Shown here in pieces: positions 1 to 12,175 of a stretch of 64,000 nucleotides of DNA; within the stretch, counting starts at the first letter, position 1; each line of letters begins with the position of its first letter. The position numbers and the translations under genes are program-made. The stretch comes from Octopus vulgaris (Eukaryota): NCBI GenBank assembly GCA_951406725.2, contig OX597837.1:25792001-25856000 (forward strand). The letters are read 5' to 3'. The notes under the pieces were generated by a model. It saw only the letters and a list, made by a program, of their open reading frames with translations. It searched no databases and was not told where the DNA came from.

Positions 1-345
1 CACATCGACCCCGGGACTTATTCTTTGTAAGCCCTGTACTTTTTCTATCGGTCTCTTTTGCCGAACCGCTAAGTGACAGGGACGTAAACACACCAGTATC
101 GGTTGTCAAGCAATGCTAGGGGGACAAACACACACACACAAACACATACACACACACATATATATATATATACATATATACGACGGGCTTCTTTCAGTTT
201 CTGTCTACCAAATCCACTCACAAGGCATTGGTCGGCCCGAGGCTATAGCAGAAGACACTTGCCCAAGATGTCACGCAGTGGGACTGAACCCGGAACCATG
301 TGGTTGGTTAGCAAGCTACTTACCACACAGCCACTCCTGTGCCTA
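1..345 (-). mobile_element. tRNA-derived SINE family A, truncated by the window edge
   Basis: Reverse complement of the head GGAGTGGCTGTGTGGTAAG...GGGTTCAGTCCC (A/B-box-like), plus a body shared with about 20 other full or partial copies in the window. Confidence 0.85.
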
Positions 346-1541
346 AATATTCCATGTTTACTAGTAAACTGTCTTCTCAAGGTATCCTTCTATTATGACA
401 ATAGCTGGACAGTTTTTAAAATTTTTTTTCCCTTCAGAAACCTAAAAAAGAATAAATCCAATTTAATGGAGTTTAGTGACCAGCTTCACACCGTCTCTGG
501 AGAACCACAGATTTTTTTTCCCATTGTAGCCAGGAAGACAAACGCAATAAACAACAAGGTGAGAAAAACTAACCATTTCTGATGTTGTGTTGTATCATAA
601 AACAATCTCAATCTCTCTCTTACACACACAATGATATTGAGACAATTGTGAAGTGTTAGAATGAAAAGCTGTAAATGTTTTTGTGGTTTCTGGGAGATGG
701 AATTCAATTTGTTGGTGTGCAGCTGAGGCTCTCACCTTGCTCTCCGATGAGATCTGGGAAAAGGTGTGCTAACTGGAATTCTATCAAAGCCATTAAAACA
801 AGCAAAACAATGGGTTTTTTTTTTTCTGGGAGTGGTGATCAATATAAGGCCCCTAAAAATGGATAGATTTCTCATATTCTAGAAGAAACGCATATACACA
901 TAAAAGAAAGTAAACAAAACAAAAAAAAAAACTCAACAGAATTATGCCTATATGATTCTACTGTAAAATCGTTTTTTTGTGATTTCTAGGAGATGGAATT
1001 TAATTCATGGGTTTGCAGTCAAAGCTTCCACCTTGCTCTCTGATGGGATTTGGGAAAGGTGTGCTAACTGCAATTCTATAAATAGTGTGCTGACTGGAAT
1101 TATACCACCACAGCCATTAAAAACAAACAAAACTATGCTTTCTTTTCTGCGATTGCCAATCAATATAAGGCCACCCACTCACAAAAAAAAAGAAAAAAAA
1201 AAAAAAATTCCAAAGAACTCTACAGAATCATGGCTATAGGATTCTATTGTAAAATTGGTTTTTGCCCTGATATTCTCAAGAGATGAGATGTTTAAATTTT
1301 CTCATAGAAAGATATGTAGATGTGTATGTACTTAAAAAGATGCATATATATACATGTATACATATGTACATACATCACACATATATGTGCACGTACATAT
1401 TTACACAAATATACATGCATATATATATATATATATATGTATACATACATATGCACATATATATATATATACACACATACATATGTACATACATGCATGC
1501 ATACATGTTTCTACATATATACATACATATACACCTATATA

Positions 1542-2052
1542 CGAGGTCTGATTATTAAGTATCCGGACTGTTGCCAGAGTAACGATGCTAAAGTACGCAA
1601 AGTGGAGGCGCAATGGCCTAGTGGTTAGGGCAGCGGACTTGCGGTCGGAGGATCGCGGTTTCGATTCCCAGACCGGGCGTTGTGTGTGTTTATTGAGCGA
1701 AAAAAAACACCTAAAAGCTCCACGAGGCTCCGGCAGGAGGTGGTGATCCCTGATGTACTCTTTCACCACTCTAAAGGCGGTGCTCCAGCATGGCCGCAGT
1801 CAAATGACTGAAACAAGTACAAAAAAAAAAAAAAAAAAAGTGAAGCTGTTTGGCACAGATTAACCTTAAACTCTGCTGTACATGCACACTAAATTTTAAC
1901 ATTCTAGCTCACTTTCACTGTATACAGCAGAGCTTGGAAGGAAGGTGTGTAGCATGTGATTGTTGTCATGGCAATACCTGCTCAGAGGCCTGTGCAAAGT
2001 TGGAGAGTAGTGTATGAGCCACACACAAGTGTACGAGTTGTTCAGACCTTAT
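1542..2052. mobile_element. Internally deleted mariner-type element or MITE, interrupted by a SINE
   Basis: Left end TA|CGAGGTCTGATTATTAAGTATCCGGACT and short matching right end TCAGACCT. Same family as 2241-3277. Confidence 0.65.
1602..1839 (+). mobile_element. Chimeric SINE: family E head fused to family A 3' tail, followed by an A-run
   Basis: 1602-1770 matches the family E head. 1772-1820 matches the family A tail TAAAGGCGGTGCTCCAGCATGGCCGCAGTCAAATGACTGAAAC. Confidence 0.75.
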
Positions 2053-2064
2053 GTATGTCCTGTA

Positions 2065-2116
<52 letters not shown>

Positions 2117-2240
2117 CATATGTATGTCTGTAAATATAAATGTGTGTATGTAGAAACATGTATGTACATGTGTATGTATATGCCTATGTATGTGTGTATG
2201 TATATGTATGTATATATGTATACATGAATATATGCATGTA

Positions 2241-2810
2241 CGTGGTCTGATCAATAAGTATCCGGACTGTTACTGTTGTAATGAATCTATAGCATGGAGA
2301 GTGAAGCCGCTTGGCAAAAAGATGACCAAAAAAATGTCAATATCGATGAATGTTCGGGGAGACACACAACCAGCAAAATTGAGAAAACATCACAGATGTG
2401 CATGGAGCTGTGAGGGAAGATCATCGAATCACCATCTGTGAGTTATCAGAGGATGTGCAGAGTAGTTACAGTTCAGTTCAGTCCATTATCACTGAAGATT
2501 TGGGTACGAGACACGTGTCTGCCAAGTTTGTGCCGAAACTGCTTTCAGCTGGCCAAAAAGATACTCAGGTTTCAGTTGCACAAAATCTCTCCTTGACTCT
2601 CTCTTTTCTATTTTACTCTTTTACTTGTTTCAGTCATTTGACTGCGGCCATGCTGGAGTACTGCCTTTAATCGAGCAAATCGACCCCGGGACTTATTCTT
2701 TTGCAAGCCCAGTACTTATTCTATTGGTCTCTTTTGCCGAACCGTTAAGTAACGGGGACATAAACACACCAGCATCGGTTGTCAAGCGATGTTGGTGGGG
2801 ACAAACACAG

Positions 2811-2845
<35 letters not shown>

Positions 2846-3277
2846 CGACGGGCTTCTTTCAGTTTCCATTTACCAAATCCCCTCACAAGGCTTTGGTCAG
2901 CTCGAGGTTATAGTAGAAGACACATGCCCAACGTGCCACGCAGTGGGACTGAACCCGGAACCATGTGGTCGTAAACAAGCTACTTACCACACGCATAGGC
3001 GTAGGAGTGGCTGTGTGGTAAGTAATTTTGCCAAGCTTTTGGCAAAATTTGATGCTGATTCTCAGCTCAGCTTTCTCTGTCATGGTCAATGCAATGATCA
3101 CATGCTACACACCTTCCTTCCAAGCATTGCTGTAAACAGCGGAAGTGAGCTAGAACATTAAAACTTAGTGTGCATGCACAGCAGTGTTCAAGGTCAATCT
3201 GTGTCAAGCGGCTTCACTCTCTATGCAATAGATTCATTACAATAGCAACAGTCTGGATACTTATTGATCAGACCACG
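2241..3277. mobile_element. Rearranged mariner relic with ~75 bp inverted ends and transposase fragments
   Basis: Inverted ends CGTGGTCTGATCAATAAGTATCC.../...GGATACTTATTGATCAGACCACG flanked by TA. Plus-strand VREDHRITICELSEDVQSSYSSVQSIITEDLGTRHVSAKFVPKLL (mariner HTH and WVPHEL-like motif). Minus-strand N-terminus MTEKAELRISIKFCQKLGK. Confidence 0.85.
2600..2990 (-). mobile_element. SINE family A inserted in the mariner relic
   Basis: Near full-length match to other family A copies. Confidence 0.85.
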
Positions 3278-4742
3278 TACATGCATATATTCATGTATAC
3301 ATATGTACATACATATACATACACACATAAATAGGCATATACATACATATGTATATACATGTTTCTACATATACATACACACATATATATATATACATAT
3401 ATATACAGACATACATATGTACATACATGCTTCTACATATATACATACATACACACATACACATGTATATATACATGTATACATACATATGTACATCGAC
3501 AGACATGTCCATATGTTTGTACATATATACATACGTCACTCACCCATACATATTCATACACACACACACATATATATATACATATACATAGACACATACA
3601 TACTCATATATACACAAACATTTATAGACATATACATACTCAAATACATGCACATACATACTCATAAACAGACATACATACTCATTTATACACACACATA
3701 CACATACATACATATACATGTATACAAATACACATAGACATACATACTCAGATATGCACATACATACATACATATATACAAATACACATAGACATACATA
3801 CTCAGATATGCACATACATACATACATATATATATACACACAATTTATTTTTATGTAGATTTTCTTTTTTGAATGTGACAAAAGTAAAAAACGAAAATAA
3901 TTAAACATTGAAAACATTTCTTCTGAGTTTGGTAACAGAATCATTTCATTTTAACAATAGCTAATTATTTTCACAAATTACATTATTCTGTTGTCTGCAA
4001 AAAAAAAAAAAAAACCCCAAAAAACAAACAAAAAAAACAAACAAAAAAACCCCAACAAAACATAACAAAAAGCTAAAAAAACCCCAAAAAACAAAGGCTT
4101 TCCAAACCCAACAAAACCTAGGAATGGTTCTCTTTCTTTGTCATCACTCGCATAAAAGATATTTAAAACACATGGAAATTACAACATATTCTATTTCTGT
4201 ATGTTTTTTGGTTCCATTCTTCCCCAAATGGCTATCTATCCTCCTTCCTTCTCCACAACTACTACTATTACTACTACTACTACTACCACTACCACTACTA
4301 CTAGTAGTAGTAGTAGCAGTAGCAGTAGTAGTAGTAGTAGTAGTAGTAGTTGTTGTAGTAGTAGCAGCAGTAGTATCTCTTAATGCCTCTTCTTCAAATT
4401 CTATGACATTTGTTTAGATTTCGGAAAATAAATTACAGATGCTTACTGACATATTAAATAGAATTGGTAAGAAGAAAAAAAAAAGAAAAAATTAAAGATT
4501 CTACCATTAAACTGTGTCTGTTGCGAACTTTAATTCTTGTTTTCTCATTTTTTAAAACTTTTTTCTAAATAAACTATAATATTTAGGAATTAATTATTGT
4601 GATAATTATTATTATTATTATTATTATCCATGGCAATTATCTACAAATAACACTGAAGGTTATAACATTGTCAATAAAAACAGTGTTATACTGCCCAAAC
4701 AATCATTCAGAGATTAACAAACTAGAAAGCTTTAAATATATA

Positions 4743-5148
4743 TAGGCGCAGGAGTGGCTGTGTGGTAAGTAGCTTGCTTACCAGCCACATGGTTTCGGGT
4801 TCAGTCCTACTGCATAGCACCTTAGGCAAGTGTCTTCTACTAAAGCCTCAGGCCGACCAAAGCCTTGTGAGTGGATTTGGTAGATGGAAACTGAAAGAAG
4901 CCCGTCGCATATATGCATATATATATATGTATGTGTGTATGTTTGTGTGTCTGTGTTTGTCCGCCCAACATCGCTTCACAACCGATGCTGGTGTGTTTAT
5001 GTCCCTGTAACTTAGCGGTTTGGCAAAAGACACCGATAGAATAAGTACTAGGCTTACAAAGAATATGTCCTGGAGTCGATTTGCTCGACTAAAGGCGTTG
5101 CTCCAGCATGGCCACAGTCAAATGACTGAAACAAGTAAAAGGGTAAAA
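4743..5148 (+). mobile_element. SINE family A, full length (~400 bp)
   Basis: tRNA-like head, internal (TA/TG)n tract, (GTAAAAGA)-type tail. Confidence 0.88.
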
Positions 5149-5575
5149 ATCCCAAATATATTGCCTTATCTGAGATAATTCTAACTTTGGTAAAGCATTT
5201 TTTAATAAATCAATAATTTGAGGGCAGCAAGCTGGCACAGTCATTAGCACACCAGGCAAAATGTTTAGTGGTATTTCATCTGTCTTTACATTCTGAGTTC
5301 AAATTTTGCTAAGGTCGACTTTAACTTTCATCCTTTTGGGGGTTAATGTAATTAACTTATCCTACCCGCCTCCCTAGAACTTGCAGGCCTTGTTCCAAAA
5401 TTTGAGAGCAATCATCATCATCATCATCATCGTTTAATGATGATGGAGGCGAAGTCAACCTTGGCAGAATTTGAACACAGAATGTTAGGTAGATGAAAAG
5501 CAGCCAAGCATTTTGCTTCGCATGTTAACAATCCTACCAGCTCACCACCTTAATAATAATAATAATAATAATAAA

Positions 5576-6148
5576 TGCCCTAGTGCAGTACCAGGCAGCG
5601 GCTCTCATGGCTTCTGATCTTAACTGATTGGAAGTGTTATCATGTACATTGTTTTGTCTTGGTATAAAAGATGGGCTACAGCAAATATTCTGCTCAATAC
5701 CACAGATTTGCTTATCAGTTGTTTGACCTTAAACAGTTGAGCATGTCCCTTAGTGGCTGACGATATGTGCATCTTCGATCATGAGCAGAAGTAGTGGGAG
5801 AGCATCATAGCCATGTGTTGAGAGAGATTCTTGGAGGTTTGGATAATTCACCTCTGGAAACATGGGTGGTTCGTTCAACATCCTTAAACAACCTTTATTC
5901 AAGGACCTTTTGAGCATTTTGAGCATTTTGAGCAGGATGGGTTACTCAACCAGAAGAAAATTCTAACTGGGTCCCACCTGCAAGGTCATGCGCTGTTTAT
6001 CTTGATGCGAGATCACCATGTCATGCATATATCGTTGTGATGCATGTGCCTGGTGTACCCTTATGAGACGGGTAGTCATGATGGGTATACTGGGTTTCGT
6101 ATATTTTACCCCAGTGTCACTTTGATGGCATGCACTGCTCTCTCACTC
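5576..6148 (+). mobile_element. Family C (AAT)n-associated non-coding retroelement, longest form (~570 bp)
   Basis: Six copies in the window share the right end CTGCTCTCTCAC(T/A)C|AA(T/C)AAT and have variable left truncation. This copy is flanked by (AAT)n on both sides. Confidence 0.85.
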
Positions 6149-6179
6149 AATAATAATAATAATAATGATAATAATAATA

Positions 6180-6558
6180 ATCCTTTCAACTATAGGCACA
6201 AAGCCTGAAATTTGTAGGGAGGGGACTAGTTAATTACATTGAGCCCAGTGTTTCACTGGTACTTAATTTATCAACCCCAAAAGGGTGAAAAGTAAAGTTG
6301 GCCTTGGTGGAATTTGAACTCAGAATTAGCAATGGGCAAAATACCTATTTCTTTACTACCCACAAGGGGCTAAACACAGAGGGGACGAACAAGGACAGAC
6401 AAACGAATTAAGTCGATTATATCGACCCTAGTAAGTAACTGGTACTTATTTAATCGACCCCGAAAGGATGAAAGGCAAAGTCGACCTTGGCGGAATTTGA
6501 ACTCAGAACGTAGAGACTGGCGAAATACCGCTAAGCATTTCGTCCAGCATGCCGCCTT
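6180..6558 (-). mobile_element. SINE family B dimer with two different 3' tails
   Basis: Core GAGTTCAAATTCCGCC..GGTCGACTTTGCCTTTCATCCTTTCGGGGTCGAT present twice (once degenerate), with the junction GAAATAG|GTATTT. Confidence 0.8.
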
Positions 6559-8399
6559 AATAATAATAATTATGGTAATGATCAGTCAGCCAATCACCTC
6601 AATTCTGTTGAAACCTGTATAGAGGCAGGTCTTAGAACAACTAATATTTTCTAGAAGAATCTAAAGAATCTAATTTTTTTTTTCAGTACATCACCAAACA
6701 CTCTATTTCTTTTTATAATTAGCTAACATAATTTTGGATTGAAATTGGGAAAAAAAGAAAAAAAAAAAGTTTTTGAATGAAAGCTAAGAGGCAAAATGAA
6801 GTGTAAAATAATGGTTAGATAGAATTGTTTATGTTTTCAGGATGATGGAGAAAGGAAAAAAAAAATTATGTTGTAATATAAAAAAAAAGTAGAAAAAAAG
6901 AAGAGAGAAATATTGCCTGGATAAACAATTAAATAATGATTTAAATTTATAAGGGGATAAAAAAACCCCTTCTGTTTTACAGTTGGATGACTTTTTCCAA
7001 TTACGAGAATTTCGAGAGAAAAAGGATTAAGAAATAAACCAAACAATGGAGGGAGGAAGGGAGGGAGAGCAAGAGAGGGTGAGAGAGAGAATGAGAGGGA
7101 GAGAGAGAAAGAGAGAGGGAGGGAGGGGGGGAGAGAGAGAGAGAAACTCACCAAATTAACGAAAACTATAAGATAATGAGCACTTTTTTGTTGATTTTAA
7201 TTGTGTGATTGATGCAAGGAAAAAGAAATGAGGTAGAAAGAGGAAGAATTGAAGAAGAAAATTGCAAGGAAGTTGGGGAAAACATTGTATGCTGACTAAG
7301 ACATGGAATATGATGAGGCTATCACTAACACATCAACGAGATAATTAGTTAGGGCCCTCGATAACGAGGGTGCATCTATGATAAAGAGAGGAAGCAGGCA
7401 TTGTGTGTGTGTATCCAGACATGTTCCTTTCTTCCCTGTTTTTTTTCCTTCTCCTTATTCCCTTCCGTAAAAGAGTCTCAGCTCGAAACGTAAAAGGACT
7501 TTCATTTTTTCCTCAGTGTGAAACTAATATACCTTCTTTGTTTTTTCTAATACCTGTCTGTCTCTGCTTTTTGCGCTTTTGTACAATTTTGAGAGTATGG
7601 CTGTGTGGCAGGTGCAGGAATAGCTGTGTGAGAAGAAGCTGGTTTCCCAACCACATAGTTCCAAGTTCAATCCCACTGCATGACACTTTGGTCAAGTGTT
7701 TTCTACTATAGTCTTGGGCTGACCAAAGCCTTGTGAGTGGATTTGGTAGACAGAAACTGAAAGAAGTCTGTTATATATATGTAAATATATATATGTATAT
7801 ATATAAAGCTTGATTACTAAATCTACAAGTCTTTTTATTCTCTCTCTGTTTATTTTCTCTTACTCCTTTCTGTTGAAGAGCGTAGGCTTGAAACATAAAA
7901 GACTTTCTCACTTTCCCAAGCATCAAACTAATACACCTGCTTGCTGTTCATACACCTGTCTTAGTCTTTTGTTTTTCTGTAAATTTCAACTATATATATA
8001 TACACACACACACATGTGTACATATATTTATGCGTGTGTGCATGTTTGTCCACCACACCATCACTTGACAACCGACGTTGGTGTGTTTATGTCCTCATAG
8101 CCTAGCAGTTCAGCAAAAGATACTGATACAGTAAGTACCAGGCTTGTAAAGAATAAGTCTTGAGTTTGATTTAAGGCTGTGGTCCAGTATGGCTGTAGTC
8201 AAATGACTGAAACATGCAGAAAGATTAAAAGAATATATATATACACACACACATATATATATGTACCACACAAGGTGGTTAGGTGGCAGAAGCGTTAGTA
8301 AACTGAGCAAAACACTTAGCAGTATTCAGTCTGTCATTACATTCTGAGTTCAAATTCTGCTGAAGTCTGCTTTGCCTTTCATCCTTTTGGAATTGATAA

Positions 8400-8951
8400 A
8401 CCAGTCCACTTATGCGTGCCTTTTCTTCATTGGACACTAAACTCTGCTTGCGAAGACCTGTTGAGGCAAGCGAAATCAAAATCAAATTCGATGACTGGCA
8501 TCTGTGCTAGTGGAGCGCTAAGAGTACCATATGAGTGAGATCGTTGCCAGAGCAACAAGCTGGCCTCTGTGCCGATAGCATGTGAAAAACACCATTCGAG
8601 CATGATTGTTACCTGCGTTGCCTTACCAGCACTTGTGCTGGTGGCATGTGAAAAAAACATTTGAGCGAAGTCATTGCCAGTGCCACTGGACTGGCTCCTG
8701 TGCAGGTGGCACATAAAAAGTACCATTTGAGCGTGGCCGTTGCCAGTACAGCCTGACTGGCCCTCGTGCTGGTGGCACGTAAAAGCACCCACTACACTCA
8801 CGGAGTGGTTGGCGTTAGGAAAGGCATCCAGCTGTAGAAACCCTGCCAGATCAGATGGGAGTCTGGTGCAGCCATCTGGTTCGCCAGACCTCAGTCAAAT
8901 CATCCAACCCATGCTAGCATGGAAAGCGGACGTTAAACGATGATGATGATG
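8400..8951 (+). mobile_element. Family D retroelement (SINE-like, (GAT)n tail, internal ~60 bp repeats)
   Basis: Conserved GGTTGGCGTTAGGAAGGGCATCCAGCTGTAGAAAC core and GGACGTTAAACGATGATGAT tail. About ten copies in the window. Confidence 0.8.
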
Positions 8952-8992
8952 AAGTACTAATTGAACACAGAGGTCAATGTAATTAACTCATA

Positions 8993-9160
8993 ACCACCAC
9001 TGCCACCACCACTGCCGCCGCCACCACCACCACCACTGCCGCCGCCACCACCACCACCACTGCCGCCGCCACCACCACCGCCGCCGCCGCCACCACCACC
9101 GACACACCACCACCACCGCCGCCGCCACCACCACCACCACCACCGCCGCCGCCACCACCA
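8993..9160. repeat. Mixed (CCA)/(CCG) triplet repeat
   Basis: Seen directly in the sequence. Confidence 0.9.
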
Positions 9161-9732
9161 AAATCCCCACCAGAAATTACTGACATTGTGCCAAACTTTG
9201 CAATCAATATATTTATATAAATTAATATCTCTTGTCTGCGATTGAACTTAATACTAATGTATAACAGCTGTTGTTATTGCTGTTATATTCATCTAAAGCT
9301 ATTTGTCTTGTCTAAGGATTACTCTTTTAGCAGCCATAATACAAATGGTGCTAGCTGTGTTATATATTTATAGAAAAATGATGAGATTACAAAACAATGG
9401 AAAAAAATATGGTTTAATGGAAGTTTTTATACAGCTTAAGGAAACCAACTTGCCAATAAGATTGAACAAATAACAATGATTTTTTTCGTGATGACTAGAT
9501 ACAACTGGTTTCAATGGTAATGAGTTAATAAAGTTGCAAAACTCGTTAGTTTTTCTATGGTTTTCTTTCTTTTATACTGCCTTTGGGAAATGCTTTTCTA
9601 AATTTAATGAAAAGAATTCTTCATTCACTGTTTTGTTCCTTCATTTGTGTAGACACAACACACTTTAGCAATCTGTGTATCGACTATTAGACAGTTTCAC
9701 ATTCTTGTCAGATCGTTAATGCTGTAATTAAA

Positions 9733-9995
9733 TGCCAGTGCCGCTAGACTGGCTCCTGTGCAGGTGGCACATAAAAAGTACCATTTGAGCGTGGCCGTTG
9801 CCAGTACCGCCTGACTGGCCCTCGTGCCAGTGGCACGTAAAAGCACCCACTACACTCTCGGAGTGGTTGGCGTTAGGAAGGGCATCCAGCAGTAGAAACT
9901 CTGCCAGATCAGATTGGAGCCTGGTGCAGCCATCTGGTTCGCTGGACCTCAGTCAAATCGTCCAACCCATGCTAGCATGGAAAGCGGATGTTAAA
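9733..9995 (+). mobile_element. Family D fragment
   Basis: Closely matches ~8675-8935. Confidence 0.8.
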
Positions 9996-10151
9996 AGCCT
10001 CCCCACGTAACATTACTGTTTTGGACTAGTCTCACGTTATTCATTTATGGTCAACACATAAGACTAGTCTTCAAAGTTGGTCTGATCTGCGGTGAATCTG
10101 CAGACTCGAAGCCCACCACCCAACAAGAACAACAGCATGAATTATACATAC

Positions 10152-10317
10152 GTGGCCCGGTGGAACTGGTAATTTCTTCTTGATATTGTTTCGTCCTCTG
10201 CATGCACGTATGACGGTCTTATGTCGATGCAGATGAATCTCAGCTTCTAATTGGTTCCATAATTTATCGTGTTCAGCGCCTTTCATGTCCCGTCCAAGAA
10301 GTTGGATCTGTTGAATT
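10152..10317 (-). CDS. GOPC: GOPC internal coding exon, linker preceding the PDZ domain, 166 nt
   Basis: Minus strand ttttattttctgcag|A ATT CAA...CAC|gtatgt. Translates (R)[55 protein letters not shown], nearly identical to [47 protein letters not shown]...PPGH. Its phase-2 start completes the AG|A codon from the 38120 exon. Confidence 0.96.
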
Positions 10318-10390
10318 CTGCAGAAAATAAAAACCAGAACACGTCAACACAAGTTTACAGATAATGAAACACACACACAATCAGTCTCTT

Positions 10391-10636
10391 CATGTCTTCC
10401 CAATAGCAACATATGGATGCGAGACCTGGACACTAAAGAAACCTGACAAGAAGAGAATTAATGCATTCGAGCTTTGGTGTTGGAGAAGACTTTTACGGAT
10501 TCCATGGACAGCGAGGCTCACCAATGGAGAAGTTCTTAAGCAGATCAGGCCGAAAATGTTGCTAGAAGCTAGGATCACAAAGCATAGATTGGCATATTTT
10601 GGTCATATTATGTGGAGAAAATCCCTGGAGAAGGAC
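10391..10636 (+). mobile_element. RTE-clade (BovB-like) LINE fragment, region C-terminal to the RT domain
   Basis: VFPIATYGCETWTLKKPDKKRINAFELWCWRRLLRIPWTARLTNGEVL...RLAYFGHIM, the typical RTE YGCESWT / FELWCWRRLLRVPW motifs. Confidence 0.88.
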
Positions 10637-11089
10637 AGGAATTGTTGGAGCAGAGTTTCTATGGCTGGATGCCCTTCCTGTTGCCAACACTCAGCTGTTT
10701 CCATGCACAGTAACATTTCCCATGCCAGGCATTTTACCACAGAGGACTGGAAAACAGACAACCTTTCTTGTATATGGTGATGGTCATTTACAACCACCAC
10801 ATAATGTCAGGACAAGGATACACACAAGCACACACATATTTACATACACACACATACAAAATAGGTTTCCTTCAGTTTCCGCCTGCCAAATCCACTCACA
10901 AGGCATTGGTTGGCTATGGTAGAAGACACTTGCCTAAGGTACCATGCAGAAGAACTGAAGCTCAGATCCCAAGGTCAGGAAGCAAGCTTTTTAACTACAC
11001 AGCCACATACACATTATATATATATATCATCATCATCATCATCATCATAATTATTCAATGTTCATCGTCCATGCTGGCATGGGTTGGAT

Positions 11090-11390
11090 GTTTGTTCCTT
11101 CATGAACCACACCTGGCTCATAATGTGCTGGTTTCCCGGTTTCCTTGGCGTATAGGTTCCCCACCTGGATGGGACGCTGGTCCGTCGCAGGTGAGCTGCA
11201 AGATGCAGGAGGAAAGAGTGAGAGAAAGTTGTGGCGAAAGAGTCAGCAGAAGTTCGCCATTACCTTCTGCCAGAGCCGCATGGAGCTTAGGTGTTTCGCT
11301 CATAAACACACACATCGCCCGGTCTGAGATTCGAACCTGTGATCCCTCGACCATGAGTCCGCTGCTCTAACCACTAGGCCATGTGACTCA
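11090..11390 (-). mobile_element. tRNA-Arg-like SINE, family E subtype 2
   Basis: Reverse complement of the 19573-19874 copy. Inserted within a family D copy. Confidence 0.8.
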
Positions 11391-11766
11391 ACTATGGGTT
11401 GGATGGCTTAACAGGAACTGGCAAGCCAGAGGGCTGCACCAATCTCGACTGCCTTCTTTGGCATAGTTTCTACAGCTAGATGCCCTTCCTAATGCCAACC
11501 ACTTTACAAGGTGGACTGGGTGCTTTTCACATGGCATTAGCACCAGCGACCTTTGTTTTGGCATGGTTGAGAGAGAGGAGAGTGAGAGAGTGAGAGATAG
11601 ATAAGTAGTAGACTAAAAGTAATTATATATAAAAAAAAAAAGGGGGGGGAGGTTCATGTTGTGATGTTATGTCCATGCTGTTTTGCTTTCAGGAATAGTG
11701 TACCTTGGATCGCATTATTCTATGTGACTATATTTCCTTCCTGTTTATTTTAATTATTTTTTTAAA

Positions 11767-12175
11767 GGAGTGGCTGTGCGGTAAGTAGCTTGTTTACCAA
11801 CCACATGGTTCCGGGTTCAATCCCACTGCGTGGCACCTTGGGCAAGTGTCTTCTACTATAGCCTCAGGCCGACCAAAGCCTTGTGAGTGGATTTGGTAGA
11901 CGGAAACTGAAAGAAGCCCGTCGTATATATGTATATATATATATGTGTGTATGTGTGTGTGTTTGTGTGTCTGTCTTTGTCCCCCTAGAATTGCTTGACA
12001 ATCAATGCTGGGGTGTTTATGTCCCCGTTACTTAGCGGTTCGGCAAATGAGACCGATAGAATAAGTACTGGGCTTACAAAAGAATAAGTCCCGGGGTTGA
12101 GCTGCTCGATTAAAGGCGGTGCTCCAGCATGGCCACAGTCAAATGACTGAAACAAGTAAAAGAGTAAAAGAGTAA
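11767..12175 (+). mobile_element. SINE family A
   Basis: Near full-length match to other copies. Confidence 0.88.

Noticed and set aside
505-576. EGF-like YCVCLPGYNGK on the minus strand, and a 29-nt AG/GT-flanked segment (530-558) on the plus strand
   Set aside because: The cysteine spacing is incomplete, there are no partner exons, and a chance match is likely.
103-582. Recurrent peptide RASFSFxLPNPLTRLWSARGYSRRHLPK...
   Set aside because: It is the antisense translation of SINE family A, seen in many copies with frameshifts.
10024-10069. GACTAGTCT...AGACTAGTC hairpin near the GOPC donor
   Set aside because: The stem is only 9 bp with poor inner pairing, too weak for a pre-miRNA call.
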